DNA of 64,000 nt from Candidatus Poribacteria bacterium (GCA_965198175.1 OZ240245.1:2496001-2560000); one strand, 5' to 3'. Shown: positions 33,908 to 44,442, counted from the stretch's first letter. Made by a program: numbers and translations. Notes: generated by a model from the letters alone, not told the origin.

Positions 33908-34741
33908 ATGACGATTTCAAGAATCACGATTGGCGAGATGGCTGTTGTTACCCTATATTTCAGTTTCATCTTAATGGGTCACTTCACACGCCAAAGTGCT
34001 GCCGCTATAAATCCCCAAAACATTGTCGGCGCGTGGCTCTTTGATGATGGGGGCGGAGAGGTTGCCACAGATGACTCTGTCAACGGTAATGATGGGGAGC
34101 TGGACGGTGCCGCCGGTGCCGGTCCTCGCTGGGTAGAGGGTCAGTTTGGCACTGCCCTGACGTTTAATGGGCAGGAATGGGTGCACGCTTCCGATGAATC
34201 TTTGCCAGGGGGAATTGAGCCAAGAACAGTCTCGGCATGGATGAAAACAGGAAAGTCTTTTAATGGCATAATCGTTAATTACGGCAGCCACCTGCAAAAA
34301 TTTGGGCCGGGCCGGGAGGTTCAGATGGGTATGTTTAACCAAGAGGTTCCAGGGTATTTTAATGATATCGATAAAAATACAGCACTCGTGGGAAGTGGCG
34401 GCGCTCATACTGGCGGTAAAACGCGGGTCAATGATAGCAAATGGCATCATATTGCCGGCACCTTTGACGGCTTGACATGGACGCTTTATGTTGATGGAGA
34501 GGTTGATGGCGTCGGCGAACCACCCACCGCTACCAAACCTAACGAAGGGCTAAAGATCGGGTTTCCGATAGGGCCTCATGACTGGGGTTTTCAGGGCGTA
34601 ATTGACGAAGTTGTCATCTTTGATGTTGCACTCACTGAGGCTGATGTTAAACGCCTCACGAACGGGCTAGAGGCCGCAAAGGCGGTTTCTCCATTGGGCA
34701 AACTCGCCATGAGCTGGGGCAGCCTGAAGAAGAGGTATTAA
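33908..34741 (+). CDS. Secreted LamG-like jellyroll protein
   Basis: Signal peptide, GAWLFDDG, WHHIA, GVIDEV. C-terminal GKLAMSWGSLK. Confidence 0.88.
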   Translation: MTISRITIGEMAVVTLYFSFILMGHFTRQSAAAINPQNIVGAWLFDDGGGEVATDDSVNGNDGELDGAAGAGPRWVEGQFGTALTFNGQEWVHASDESLPGGIEPRTVSAWMKTGKSFNGIIVNYGSHLQKFGPGREVQMGMFNQEVPGYFNDIDKNTALVGSGGAHTGGKTRVNDSKWHHIAGTFDGLTWTLYVDGEVDGVGEPPTATKPNEGLKIGFPIGPHDWGFQGVIDEVVIFDVALTEADVKRLTNGLEAAKAVSPLGKLAMSWGSLKKRY

Positions 34742-34826
34742 CCTTGTGACGCCATTTTGGAGTGCTAATCCATTCCGATGGACATTTGAACGCCTAATGA
34801 AATTTTCCGCTCATGTTGGGTAATTA

Positions 34827-34948
34827 GTAGGGGCAACCCTCGCGGTTGCCCTTGATGCGTCGGAGGTAGTGACAGGGCGGGGGCAAGTTCCGGTCTCAGA
34901 CCGAAAATCCTTGATGCGAAGCATCGGGACCTCGCCCCGAGAATCTAC
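34827..34948. repeat. REP-like element (GTAG...CTAC) with nested palindrome
   Basis: GTAGGGGCAACCCTCGCGGTTGCCC hairpin. Internal GATGCGAAGCATC. Confidence 0.55.
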
Positions 34949-34999
34949 AAAGCAATATCCTTTTTGATTGTCAAAATTTATTAGATGGAGAAAAAACAG

Positions 35000-35761
35000 A
35001 TGTCTATGAAGGGTGACCTTAAAGCCGCAATTGATCACCTAACCATCTACGGCTACTGCGTACTGGAAGATCGCATCCCCGAGGACCTGGCACTGAGCAT
35101 GGCTGATCGATTCCTCGAATTGCATGCTGACCCGAAGTGCCAGCCCTACAACACAGGCGATCAGTACTATCAGACACTGTTTGGTATGCTGAACCTGGAC
35201 GATCGAGTCTGGACCTGTGCCAGTCATCCGGACACGGTTGCAATCGCGCAGCATTTTCTAGGGCAAAACTGCCGGGTGCCCGATGCGTGTTCCAAGCCAA
35301 CCTGGCCCGGCGCGCCGCATGGCGGACTGCACGTTGATTCCGCCGGGAACTTCGCCGAGGTTCCCGACGTGCCGTGGATGATCAACAGCATCTGGATGTT
35401 GACGGAGTTCACCGTAGAGAACGGCGCTACAGGCGTGGTGCCGATGAGCCACCGTTCGCGCTTGAAAGGCCCGCCGCCGGACATCACGCCAGACAGCCCG
35501 CTAGTCAAGCCTATCACTGGACGCCCCGGCACGGTGATGATGTGGCACGGCGGGCTATTCCACATGGCTCGCGGCAACACGTCCAACCAGATTCGTGTCG
35601 GACTGAATACAGGCTACTGCCCGCGATGGTTTAACACCTGGGTCGAGGGTGGCCATCAGCCGGTTTGGCCCGAGACATACGCGCGCATGCCGCCGGAAAT
35701 GCAGCGTTTGTGTCTCGGTCGTTTGGGCCGCAACCGCGCGGAACTATACGAACAGTTTTAA
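35000..35761 (+). CDS. PhyH-family Fe/2OG dioxygenase
   Basis: LHVD, NGATGVVPMSH, LFH. Confidence 0.88.
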   Translation: MSMKGDLKAAIDHLTIYGYCVLEDRIPEDLALSMADRFLELHADPKCQPYNTGDQYYQTLFGMLNLDDRVWTCASHPDTVAIAQHFLGQNCRVPDACSKPTWPGAPHGGLHVDSAGNFAEVPDVPWMINSIWMLTEFTVENGATGVVPMSHRSRLKGPPPDITPDSPLVKPITGRPGTVMMWHGGLFHMARGNTSNQIRVGLNTGYCPRWFNTWVEGGHQPVWPETYARMPPEMQRLCLGRLGRNRAELYEQF

Positions 35762-35827
35762 ACACCTATTTGGAAACTCCATTGCACAGATTACCCTACA
35801 TTTTCATACAACTTTCTTAACGCAAAA

Positions 35828-35836
35828 TGGTATAAT
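35828..35836 (+). promoter_or_regulatory. Extended -10 promoter
   Basis: TGGTATAAT about 50 nt upstream of the LamG start. The same AAATGGTATAAT occurs at 36970-36981. Confidence 0.55.
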
Positions 35837-35886
35837 CCCACTCAGGATTCTGAGAGGGCTTAAACAAGCAAGCGGAGGGAATAAAA

Positions 35887-36717
35887 ATGAAAACCACAGT
35901 CACAGGGCTGGCGTCAGGTCTAGTTACTTTAGTTGTCCTTGGGTTGATCCTCACGGGACAAAGTTATGCCAGGATTGACCCTGAGGCCGTTGTTGGCGCC
36001 TGGCGTTTTGATGACGGCAGAGGAGACAACGCAAAAGATTCTTCCGGCAACGGTAATGATGGGAACCTCGACGCGATAGGTTGGGGGGCGCCTAAATGGG
36101 TTGAGGGTAGATTTGGCAAGGGCTTGCAGTTTGACGGAGTGAATAACTATGTTGATTGCGGTGATGATAAGAGTTTGACCCTTATTGATGCCGGAAAGTT
36201 TACATATACCGCTTGGTTCAAACCCGATGTGGTAGACGTTTATCAGGTATTCTTGGCGCTTGGTGTTGGAGGAGCTACCCCGAATACGGGTGATGTCAGA
36301 ACAGCAAACGGAAAGATTTTTGCCTATTGGCATGGTGAAAAAGGTAGGGATGGATTCGGTGTAACAGGGGGGACAACCAAGTTAGAACTAGAAACGTGGT
36401 ATCATGTCGCAGTTGTTTTTGTCAGTGGGGATTCCCCAGTGATTTATCTCAATGGTAAAAATGAAAATGCGGGTGATGCGGGAGGTGGACAAGGTCAGGT
36501 CTTTGCAGGCGAAGGCTGGAAGGCCTGGATTGGGAGGTCATTATATAATGATCACGCGCGGCTTTTCAAGGGCGTCATTGACGAAGTTGGCCTCTTCAAT
36601 GTCGTGCTGACTGAGGGTGAAATTAACGAACTCATGGAAAAAGGACTTGGCGAATTCGCCGCCGTTTCCCCGTCAGACAAATTGGCAACAACTTGGAGTC
36701 GGCTCAAGGAATTTTGA
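35887..36717 (+). CDS. Secreted LamG-like protein (copy 1)
   Basis: Signal peptide, GAWRFDDG, WYHVA, GVIDEV, KLATTWSRLK. Confidence 0.9.
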   Translation: MKTTVTGLASGLVTLVVLGLILTGQSYARIDPEAVVGAWRFDDGRGDNAKDSSGNGNDGNLDAIGWGAPKWVEGRFGKGLQFDGVNNYVDCGDDKSLTLIDAGKFTYTAWFKPDVVDVYQVFLALGVGGATPNTGDVRTANGKIFAYWHGEKGRDGFGVTGGTTKLELETWYHVAVVFVSGDSPVIYLNGKNENAGDAGGGQGQVFAGEGWKAWIGRSLYNDHARLFKGVIDEVGLFNVVLTEGEINELMEKGLGEFAAVSPSDKLATTWSRLKEF

Positions 36718-36998
36718 TAGACCTTTGCCTAATAATTGGACTTTGCACAAATTTTTGGGAAGCCGCGTGCTTACTGGATCTCAGCAACGGGCCTCCAAAA
36801 TCGTGGCTGCTTACACCACAAGGGTTTGAGCCATTACCAGTCCGAAAACGTGTGATTTTGTCCAAAGTCCAATAATACCATTTTGAGTTTTTAATGAGGG
36901 GATTGTGTGTCGTATAGATGGCAGGATTCAGAATCTTGCGCTGGCATTTTTCCCTCATTATAATTCTACAAATGGTATAATATTCATTAAAGGTGAAA

Positions 36999-37649
36999 AT
37001 GGATGCTTGGTTAACTATTCTTACCGTACTCTCACTGGGATACGTTTTCTTTTTAGGACAAATTGCCATCCACAACTGTGTTCACAACACACTCTTCAAA
37101 AATACAAGGAAGTTAAATAACATAGTAGGTAACATACTCTGCTCGATTCAACTTGCCCATTTTGAAGGATGGCGCTCTGCCCATATGATGCATCATCGTT
37201 TTGCCAATACTGATCGCGATCCCCACAAGGTGGATCGTCTACTTGTGCCTTACATCCTCACGCATTACTACCGCATCGCCAAACGGGTTTGGGAGCCGGA
37301 GCGATTTTTTGCTGCCACTCTACCTCCTATTATTGTTGCAGGCACTGTAGTTATGTGGCAAGCACTGATAGGCGAGGGAATGCGTGGATTGAGATGGGGA
37401 ACACTATACTGGCTAATCCCTACAGTGATTAGCCAGTCGTTGATTGCACATTTTAACTATATCACTCATGTTGGCCTTCTGTTCGGGCGGGGTCAGGACA
37501 CGAGAAGTTTTAAAAAAGGCTTATGGCGAGTTATCAACCTCCTTACATTCAGCTTTTATCTACACGCCGAACACCATATAAAACCAAGTGAGGCAATACC
37601 CGTCCCCCATCCTATTTTCCGGGAAAATGAACCATGTGACCTTTCTTAA
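36999..37649 (+). CDS. Membrane fatty-acid desaturase-family protein
   Basis: Three His boxes (HNCVH, HMMHH, HAEHH) and TM segments. Confidence 0.85.
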   Translation: MDAWLTILTVLSLGYVFFLGQIAIHNCVHNTLFKNTRKLNNIVGNILCSIQLAHFEGWRSAHMMHHRFANTDRDPHKVDRLLVPYILTHYYRIAKRVWEPERFFAATLPPIIVAGTVVMWQALIGEGMRGLRWGTLYWLIPTVISQSLIAHFNYITHVGLLFGRGQDTRSFKKGLWRVINLLTFSFYLHAEHHIKPSEAIPVPHPIFRENEPCDLS

Positions 37650-37659
37650 GAGGAATCTT

Positions 37660-40065
37660 ATGAGCAAATACTTCAGGCCCTTCGTAAAAACAGCTAAACC
37701 ATCTCAAAGTTGGCGGAAGCGGATTTTCGATACAGTGCTCCCATTTGCTGTAGCAGCAGGTATTTTATCCTGTAGTCCGGCTGTCTTATTGGAGCCAATC
37801 GCGCTCAGACGCTACGAGTCCCGGTTTAGCACGTTGCGGGAGCGGGGAACAGCGATCATAAACTACTTGATGAGCTTCGAGACCACGCTTAAGTCCGGAT
37901 CTAGCGATGCGATTGCCCAGATGGCGCCAGATGCCGTGCGGTCTTTGACTGCCTGTGCGGAGCAGCCGGTGAGTTGGGCAAACGTCCCGCGTATCCACAT
38001 CTATCCCTGGGAGCCACCAACAGGCGACGCCAGGGGTAATCCGTGGAAGAACCTTGCGGCACACTGGTCTACCGGTTCCCAGATTTCGCGGAGTTCCCTG
38101 ACGTTGCTGGGTCTCAATATGATTAACAAAACGAACTGTGAACCGGAAATTCGGGTTATCGTGGAGGGCAAGGATAGTGACGGGCGGTTCCGCCAGGATG
38201 CGCTTTATGCTCGGTTGCGGGTGGATTTCTCCGGGGCACTTCCGGTCATCCGGGACGTGATCGAATTCTCAGCTCACTCCCTCCTGCCTACCGTTGATCT
38301 ACTCTTTGCCGACGAAGCTGTAGATCGAGGACTTGACTTCCAACGTCCGGAAGTCGCACTTCGTAGCGACCTCAAATTTGCTGTCTTTACAGCAGTAGGG
38401 GGCGGGATGGCTGTGGGTGACATAGATGGCGACAACTGGGAGGATGTATTCCTCGTTGGCAGCAAACCCAACACCAGCCGCATGTTCCGAAATGTTGAGG
38501 GATACTTTCTGGACATTACGGAACATGCGGGTGTGGCAGACCCAGAGGATAATGCCATGGCCGCAGCAATGGGTGATGTAGATGGTGACAGAGATCTCGA
38601 CCTCGTCGTCACCCATGCGTTTGCTCCACCCATACTCTACAGAAACCGAGGCAATGCGACATTCGCGATGGAACGCTTCCCACCTCTTCCGGGTTCAAAA
38701 GAAGAGGGGGCGACGACTCCTACCTTCGCTGATGTGGACAATGACGGAGATCTTGACTTGTATATTGCGTACCATGCGCCAGCGTCCGATTATGTGCCAG
38801 AAACATTGTTTATCGGGCTTAATGGCGTTCAGGACCGCCTCTACATAAACGATGGAACAGGTAATTTCAGTGAGGAAGCACAGATTCGTGGTCTTAAAGA
38901 ATCACGATGGTCATTACAAGGTGTGTTTGCCGACTTTGATGAAGATGGTGACGTCGATCTCTATCAGGTCAACGACTTTGGGCGCAACACCCTCTATTTG
39001 AACGATGGGACCGGTCACTTTGAGGATGGTACCCTTGAATGGCCGGGTATTGAGGCATTCGGTTTTGGAATGAGCGGAAGTTGGGGAGATTACGATGCTG
39101 ACGGGGATCTCGACTTATACGTGTCCGGTGTGGCGTCGGGTATTGCGTGGTTTGTCGAAGAGCCTGACGTGAGACGTTTCTTTCTACTGAACGCTAAACG
39201 CAGCCAATATCTATCCCCCGAACAGGTTGAACGCATCAAGCAGGACCTGATGCCATTCACGGATGGCAACCTAGCAGATTTCCCCATGGCGTTTAAGGGG
39301 AACCACTTACTTCGCAGGGAGCCCAACCGGTTTGTGGACGTCGGTCCACAAACCGGAACTAATTATGCCCTGTGGTCCTGGGGGGCCGGTTTCATTGATT
39401 TTCAGAATGATGGCCTGGCTGACATCTATTCGACTAATGGGTTCATCACCGGCCAGAAGGCTGATGATCTGTGAATGATCTTCTTTGAGTCGACGGTTCG
39501 TCGGCCACACGACTATTATGAAGGAAGGTTCTACTCCCCTGATTTTATCCTCAATAACTCCTGGAACGGAGCGGAACCTAACTTCGCATACCTAAACCTT
39601 GATGGACAGAACTTTCTCGATGTTGGCTATGTCCTTGGTGTGGATAGCCTGAGCGACAGCCGAGGCTTCGTTCCATTCGATTTTGACCATGATGGAGACC
39701 AAGATCTTCTCGTCGCCAATCAAAATGGATCGACACATCTCTATGTCAATCATTGGGCGGATGCGACGCAGTACCACTGGCTGAAGATCCGTCTTGAGGA
39801 CGAATCCGGCTCACCCCCTTTTGGTGCTACGGTTAAAGTCCGAATAGGAGATCGTGTACAGGCGAAGACGTACTCTCTAGGCAATAGCTATGTGGCTTCA
39901 TATGTTGGGCCGATTCATTTCGGGCTTGGTCCTGCAACCGAGGTGGATTTAGTGGAAGTACTATGGCCTGGCGGAACACACACGCGGATAAATGGGGTCG
40001 CCGTGAATCAGGAGCTGGTTGTGCATCGCACAACCAGCCATGCTTCGGCGGGAAGTTTTCAATGA
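37660..40065 (+). CDS. FG-GAP + ASPIC/UnbV lipoprotein with in-frame TGA (candidate selenoprotein, otherwise a split gene)
   Basis: SD AAGAGGA and lipobox-like ILSC. FG-GAP repeats continue in the same frame across TGA 39472-39474 into the ASPIC/UnbV domain. Confidence 0.75.
39478..39529 (+). promoter_or_regulatory. Putative bacterial SECIS element
   Basis: Upper stem GTCGACG/CGTCGGC (39489-39505) with a GTT loop starting at the 22nd nt after TGA. Possible lower stem 39478-39486 with 39521-39529. Confidence 0.55.
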
Positions 40066-40276
40066 AAAACCCTGGAAAGTTGCGGTTTTGGACGCTGTTG
40101 TTTGTAATTTCGTTGACTTGGGGTATTGCGGGTTGCACCCAATTTGATTGCAGATTAAATGTTGAATTTTGAAGCGTGTAGCGAATTTTTGAACCATTCC
40201 CTTATTTTTGATTTTTGCAAAATCAGACCGAGTGGACTAATCCGCGGCAGAGAACAAAATAAAACAAGGAACAACC

Positions 40277-41110
40277 ATGAACCCCATTACCAGAAACTTT
40301 GTCGAAACCACATGCCAAGCGTTTAATGTTAATGGCTATCTGCTCATCAAAGATGCCCTTTCGGCAGAGGAAGTATGTCACGTCAACGAAGCGCTGGATA
40401 GGCTCGACCTGCCGGAGAAGGACGTGCTGTGGGCGCTGGCGGATAAGGACGATGTCTTTCTTAATCTTGTGGACCATCCAAGCACATTTCCCTATGCCCT
40501 GGCGCTCATGGGTGGCAATGTGCAAATGCTCGATACCGCTGTGAACATCATTCCGCCGAATACGGAGGGCGCTGGATGGCACGAAGATGGTCCGTGGCCA
40601 TTGCCATACCCCAGCGTGGACGGCAAACGCCCATTGTTGCACCTAAAGTTTGCTTTCTTTTTGAATGACCTGACCGAAGACGATCGGGGAAACCTGGCTG
40701 TCGTGCCCGGCAGCCACCACATTCCCTTCCCCCGTGACGCAGACCGGTCGGCGCTCTGGGAGTTCCCCGGTGTGATTCCCTTGAAGGTGCGGGCAGGCAC
40801 AGCCTTGGTGTTTCACAACGGACTGTGGCATGCCAGTACCTTTAACCAAACCGATAAGCCACGGCGGGTGGTTTACTGCACCTATTGTCACTCCTGGCAC
40901 CGTGGCTTCAACTACATTACACCTCCCCAATCGCTGCTGGACCGGCTGGAGCAACTGCCTCTTGAGCGAAGGCAACTACTGCGACAACTGTTAGGAGCCA
41001 TTCCCCAGGCGGGGCCAAGGGGAAGGGGGTTGGGCGATCTTTCAGGGGCAGGATACTACTTCGCGAATCCGGAGGACTATCCGGCAATAAAGTTGATTGA
41101 GCATGGTTAA
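40277..41110 (+). CDS. PhyH-family Fe/2OG dioxygenase
   Basis: FNVNGYL, WHED, VPGSH, LWHA. Confidence 0.9.
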   Translation: MNPITRNFVETTCQAFNVNGYLLIKDALSAEEVCHVNEALDRLDLPEKDVLWALADKDDVFLNLVDHPSTFPYALALMGGNVQMLDTAVNIIPPNTEGAGWHEDGPWPLPYPSVDGKRPLLHLKFAFFLNDLTEDDRGNLAVVPGSHHIPFPRDADRSALWEFPGVIPLKVRAGTALVFHNGLWHASTFNQTDKPRRVVYCTYCHSWHRGFNYITPPQSLLDRLEQLPLERRQLLRQLLGAIPQAGPRGRGLGDLSGAGYYFANPEDYPAIKLIEHG

Positions 41111-41180
41111 GGATTGGCCTTTCGAGAAACAACACATAGGACGCTGACCGTGCCCTAAACAAAAAATGTAGGGAATAAAA

Positions 41181-42011
41181 ATGAAAACCACAGTCACAGG
41201 GCTGGCGTCAGGTCTAGTTACTTTAGTTGTCCTTGGGTTGATCCTCACGGGACAAAGTTATGCCAGGATTGACCCTGAGGCCGTTGTTGGCGCCTGGCGT
41301 TTTGATGACGGCAGAGGAGACAACGCAAAAGATTCTTCCGGCAACGGTAATGATGGGAACCTCGACGCGATAGGTTGGGGGGCGCCTAAATGGGTTGAGG
41401 GTAGATTTGGCAAGGGCTTGCAGTTTGACGGAGTGAATAACTATGTTGATTGCGGTGATGATAAGAGTTTGACCCTTATTGATGCCGGAAAGTTTACATA
41501 TACCGCTTGGTTCAAACCCGATGTGGTAGACGTTTATCAGGTATTCTTGGCGCTTGGTGTTGGAGGAGCTACCCCGAATACGGGTGATGTCAGAACAGCA
41601 AACGGAAAGATTTTTGCCTATTGGCATGGTGAAAAAGGTAGGGATGGATTCGGTGTAACAGGGGGGACAACCAAGTTAGAACTAGAAACGTGGTATCATG
41701 TCGCAGTTGTTTTTGTCAGTGGGGATTCCCCAGTGATTTATCTCAATGGTAAAAATGAAAATGCGGGTGATGCGGGAGGTGGACAAGGTCAGGTCTTTGC
41801 AGGCGAAGGCTGGAAGGCCTGGATTGGGAGGTCATTATATAATGATCACGCGCGGCTTTTCAAGGGCGTCATTGACGAAGTTGGCCTCTTCAATGTCGTG
41901 CTGACTGAGGGTGAAATTAACGAACTCATGGAAAAAGGACTTGGCGAATTCGCCGCCGTTTCCCCGTCAGACAAATTGGCAACAACCTGGGGTCGGCTCA
42001 AGGCATTTTGA
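41181..42011 (+). CDS. Secreted LamG-like protein (copy 2)
   Basis: Protein is identical to 35887-36717 except for two C-terminal residues. Confidence 0.9.
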   Translation: MKTTVTGLASGLVTLVVLGLILTGQSYARIDPEAVVGAWRFDDGRGDNAKDSSGNGNDGNLDAIGWGAPKWVEGRFGKGLQFDGVNNYVDCGDDKSLTLIDAGKFTYTAWFKPDVVDVYQVFLALGVGGATPNTGDVRTANGKIFAYWHGEKGRDGFGVTGGTTKLELETWYHVAVVFVSGDSPVIYLNGKNENAGDAGGGQGQVFAGEGWKAWIGRSLYNDHARLFKGVIDEVGLFNVVLTEGEINELMEKGLGEFAAVSPSDKLATTWGRLKAF

Positions 42012-42208
42012 TACACCTTTGCCTAAGAATGGAATCGTAGGACAGGTGTGTTCGGGGATGGGCTCGATCTCAATGTCCCATTTTTCAACCGCTGTCTCGA
42101 TGCACTGCAATGCCATTTGCTGGTTAAAACCGACCTGCTTGTGCGTTGCATGCAGACAAGTGATGGGTCTCGAAGTCTCTCGCTGATGCGATAATGATGA
42201 AAACTGAC

Positions 42209-42237
42209 TTGAAAAAAAAATAAAGATGATATATAAT
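42209..42237 (+). promoter_or_regulatory. Sigma70-like promoter
   Basis: TTGAAA-N17-TATAAT. Confidence 0.55.
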
Positions 42238-42415
42238 TAAGACCTATATTCCGCACCCCTAACGGCGGTTTGTTATTTGGGCACGTCACACGATGGGACA
42301 ACGAAACCATGAGACTTTGAGCCATAGTCCTTCATCTTTTCACATGACGCCCCGCCTCTGGCATTTGGAGGCGTTTTGCACGGCTCTTACTGCAATGAGA
42401 AGGAGGAACCCAAAA

Positions 42416-43267
42416 ATGAAAGTGACGATTTCAAAAATCACGATTGGCTGCATCCGCATTGTCACTCTAAATCTCAGTTTCATTTTAATAGGTCTCTTCA
42501 CACCGCAAAGTGCTGCTGCTATTAATCCCCAAAGCATTGTCGGCGCCTGGCTCTTTGATGAGGGCAAAGGAGATATTGCCGCAGATGGCTCTGTCAACGC
42601 TGGGAAACGCGGAGGCGCAAGCGATTTGAAGCTGAACCATGCTGCCTGGGTAAAAGGAAAGTTTGGCACAGCCTTGAAGTTTAATGGGCAGCAAAGACAG
42701 GCGGAAACTTCCGATGAATTTTTGCCAGGGGGACTTGAGCCAAGAACAGTCGCAGGATGGATGAAGACAGGAAAATCTTTCAATGGCTTTATCCTTAATT
42801 ACGGCAGCCACCACGCGAAATTTGGGCCGGGCCGGGAGGTTCATCTGGGTATGCTGAACAAAGTAGAGGCAGGCTTTTTTAATTTTGTCGAGGAGCCAAA
42901 TGCTGCAACCGTGGGGGTTGGCGGCGGAGAGAATATTCCCGGTCAAACCCGAGTCAATAATGGGAAATGGCATCATATTGCCGGTAGCTTTGACGGCTTA
43001 ACCTGGACGCTTTTCGTCGATGGAGAGGTTGAGGGAGTCGGCAAACCAGCTACGTCTACCAAACTTAACGAAGGGCTAAGCATCGGATTTGCGATAGGGC
43101 CTGGCAGTTGGGGTTTTGATGGCGCTATCGACGAAGTTGTAATCCTTAATTCGGCGCTTACTCAGGCTGATGTTAAAAGCCTCCTCAACGGGTTAGAGGC
43201 GGCAAAGGCGGTTTCTCCATCGGGCAAACTCGCCACGAGTTGGAGCCGGCTGAAGAAGAGATATTAA
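42416..43267 (+). CDS. Secreted LamG-like protein (paralogue of 33908)
   Basis: SD AGGAGG. Shares long blocks such as LPGG.EPRTV and KFGPGREV with 33908-34741. Confidence 0.88.
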   Translation: MKVTISKITIGCIRIVTLNLSFILIGLFTPQSAAAINPQSIVGAWLFDEGKGDIAADGSVNAGKRGGASDLKLNHAAWVKGKFGTALKFNGQQRQAETSDEFLPGGLEPRTVAGWMKTGKSFNGFILNYGSHHAKFGPGREVHLGMLNKVEAGFFNFVEEPNAATVGVGGGENIPGQTRVNNGKWHHIAGSFDGLTWTLFVDGEVEGVGKPATSTKLNEGLSIGFAIGPGSWGFDGAIDEVVILNSALTQADVKSLLNGLEAAKAVSPSGKLATSWSRLKKRY

Positions 43268-43580
43268 CACCATTTTCAGATGAAAGCCCACCGCGCATAT
43301 CTCCTTGCCCTGATGGATCGGTATTGGGAGACATAGGCGACGAATTGAAAAAACCGGGCGCCTATCTAGGTAACCCGTTCGCCAAATCGGTGTGGAGTCC
43401 GTGCCTGCAGGGCGCTACGGTCTTGGACGCTCTGTCGGAGAAAGGAGGGTACCGCAGGAAATCTATATTTGTAGTAAGGCTTTGCGCGGGCAAAGCCGGT
43501 CGGTGAAGTGACAACGTTGGTGAATACCAACAAACCAGAGGTAACAAAGAAATCTACCAACAAGTAGGAGGTAACAAAAA

Positions 43581-44381
43581 ATGAAGGTGAGATTCATCAC
43601 ACTCGGATATATCAGCGCCGTTGTTCTCCTATGCCTCATTCTCGCAACATCCGGTCACGCGGCCATTGACCCTGACACCGCTGTGGCAATCTGGCTCATG
43701 GAGGATGGCGAGGGTGATAAAGTTACGGAGGTGACCAATAACCCCGCCAAGTTGAGGGGACTCCTCCAGGGTAAAAACATAACGTGGGTCGACGGCGTCT
43801 TCGGCGGGGCGATAGACCTCGGCTCCGCGGGTGACGTCATGGCGGTTGGTAAGCAGTTTGGCGAAGAGGCTGCCCCGACGGCTGCGTGCACCGTCATGGC
43901 ATGGATACAGTATCGGGAAAAGATCAAAACAGATCTCTTTCAGTTTCAGCCGGGTGACCCGTGGGACAACCGAATCTCGGTTCACTTTCCGTGGGCGGAG
44001 GCTGGGATTATCTGGCAGTTTGGCAGACCGTTTGGTGGTCCCCCTGGTGTTGATGTTCCCAAGAACTTTGAGGATGATTGGCATCACGTCGCGTTCACGG
44101 GTTCTGACGATTCAACCGAAATATGGATAGATGGTGAGGCTGTCGCTCGGGGAGGCGGCCAGCAGCCCTTTGTACATCAAGCGCATGGACCCTGGCATGT
44201 TGGCGGCAGAACAAACGCCTCTTTCGACGGGAAGATCGACGAGGTTGGGGTTTTTGATGTTGCCTTGAGCGAAAAAGACATTAATACCATTATGGACCAA
44301 GGGCTTGAGTTCACCATCCTGGGCGTTGACCCAGCTGGCAAAGTCGCGACAGCCTGGGGTACGATAAAAGCCCGCGATTAG
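43581..44381 (+). CDS. Secreted LamG-like protein
   Basis: SD AGGAGGT, WHHVA, GKIDEV, GKVATAWGTIK. Confidence 0.88.
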   Translation: MKVRFITLGYISAVVLLCLILATSGHAAIDPDTAVAIWLMEDGEGDKVTEVTNNPAKLRGLLQGKNITWVDGVFGGAIDLGSAGDVMAVGKQFGEEAAPTAACTVMAWIQYREKIKTDLFQFQPGDPWDNRISVHFPWAEAGIIWQFGRPFGGPPGVDVPKNFEDDWHHVAFTGSDDSTEIWIDGEAVARGGGQQPFVHQAHGPWHVGGRTNASFDGKIDEVGVFDVALSEKDINTIMDQGLEFTILGVDPAGKVATAWGTIKARD

Positions 44382-44442
44382 TTCTAGGCGCGGCGCGGTG
44401 GCCCTGTCTTGTCCACTCGCGGCGTATTGAACGTCTCAATAC

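Noticed and set aside
35887..42011. LamG duplicates as a DGR template/variable pair
   Set aside because: No reverse transcriptase in the window. The few differences include T/C and G/C changes, and the whole gene is duplicated.
43268..43580. ncRNA or gene fragment between LamG genes
   Set aside because: No recognisable family or convincing structure.
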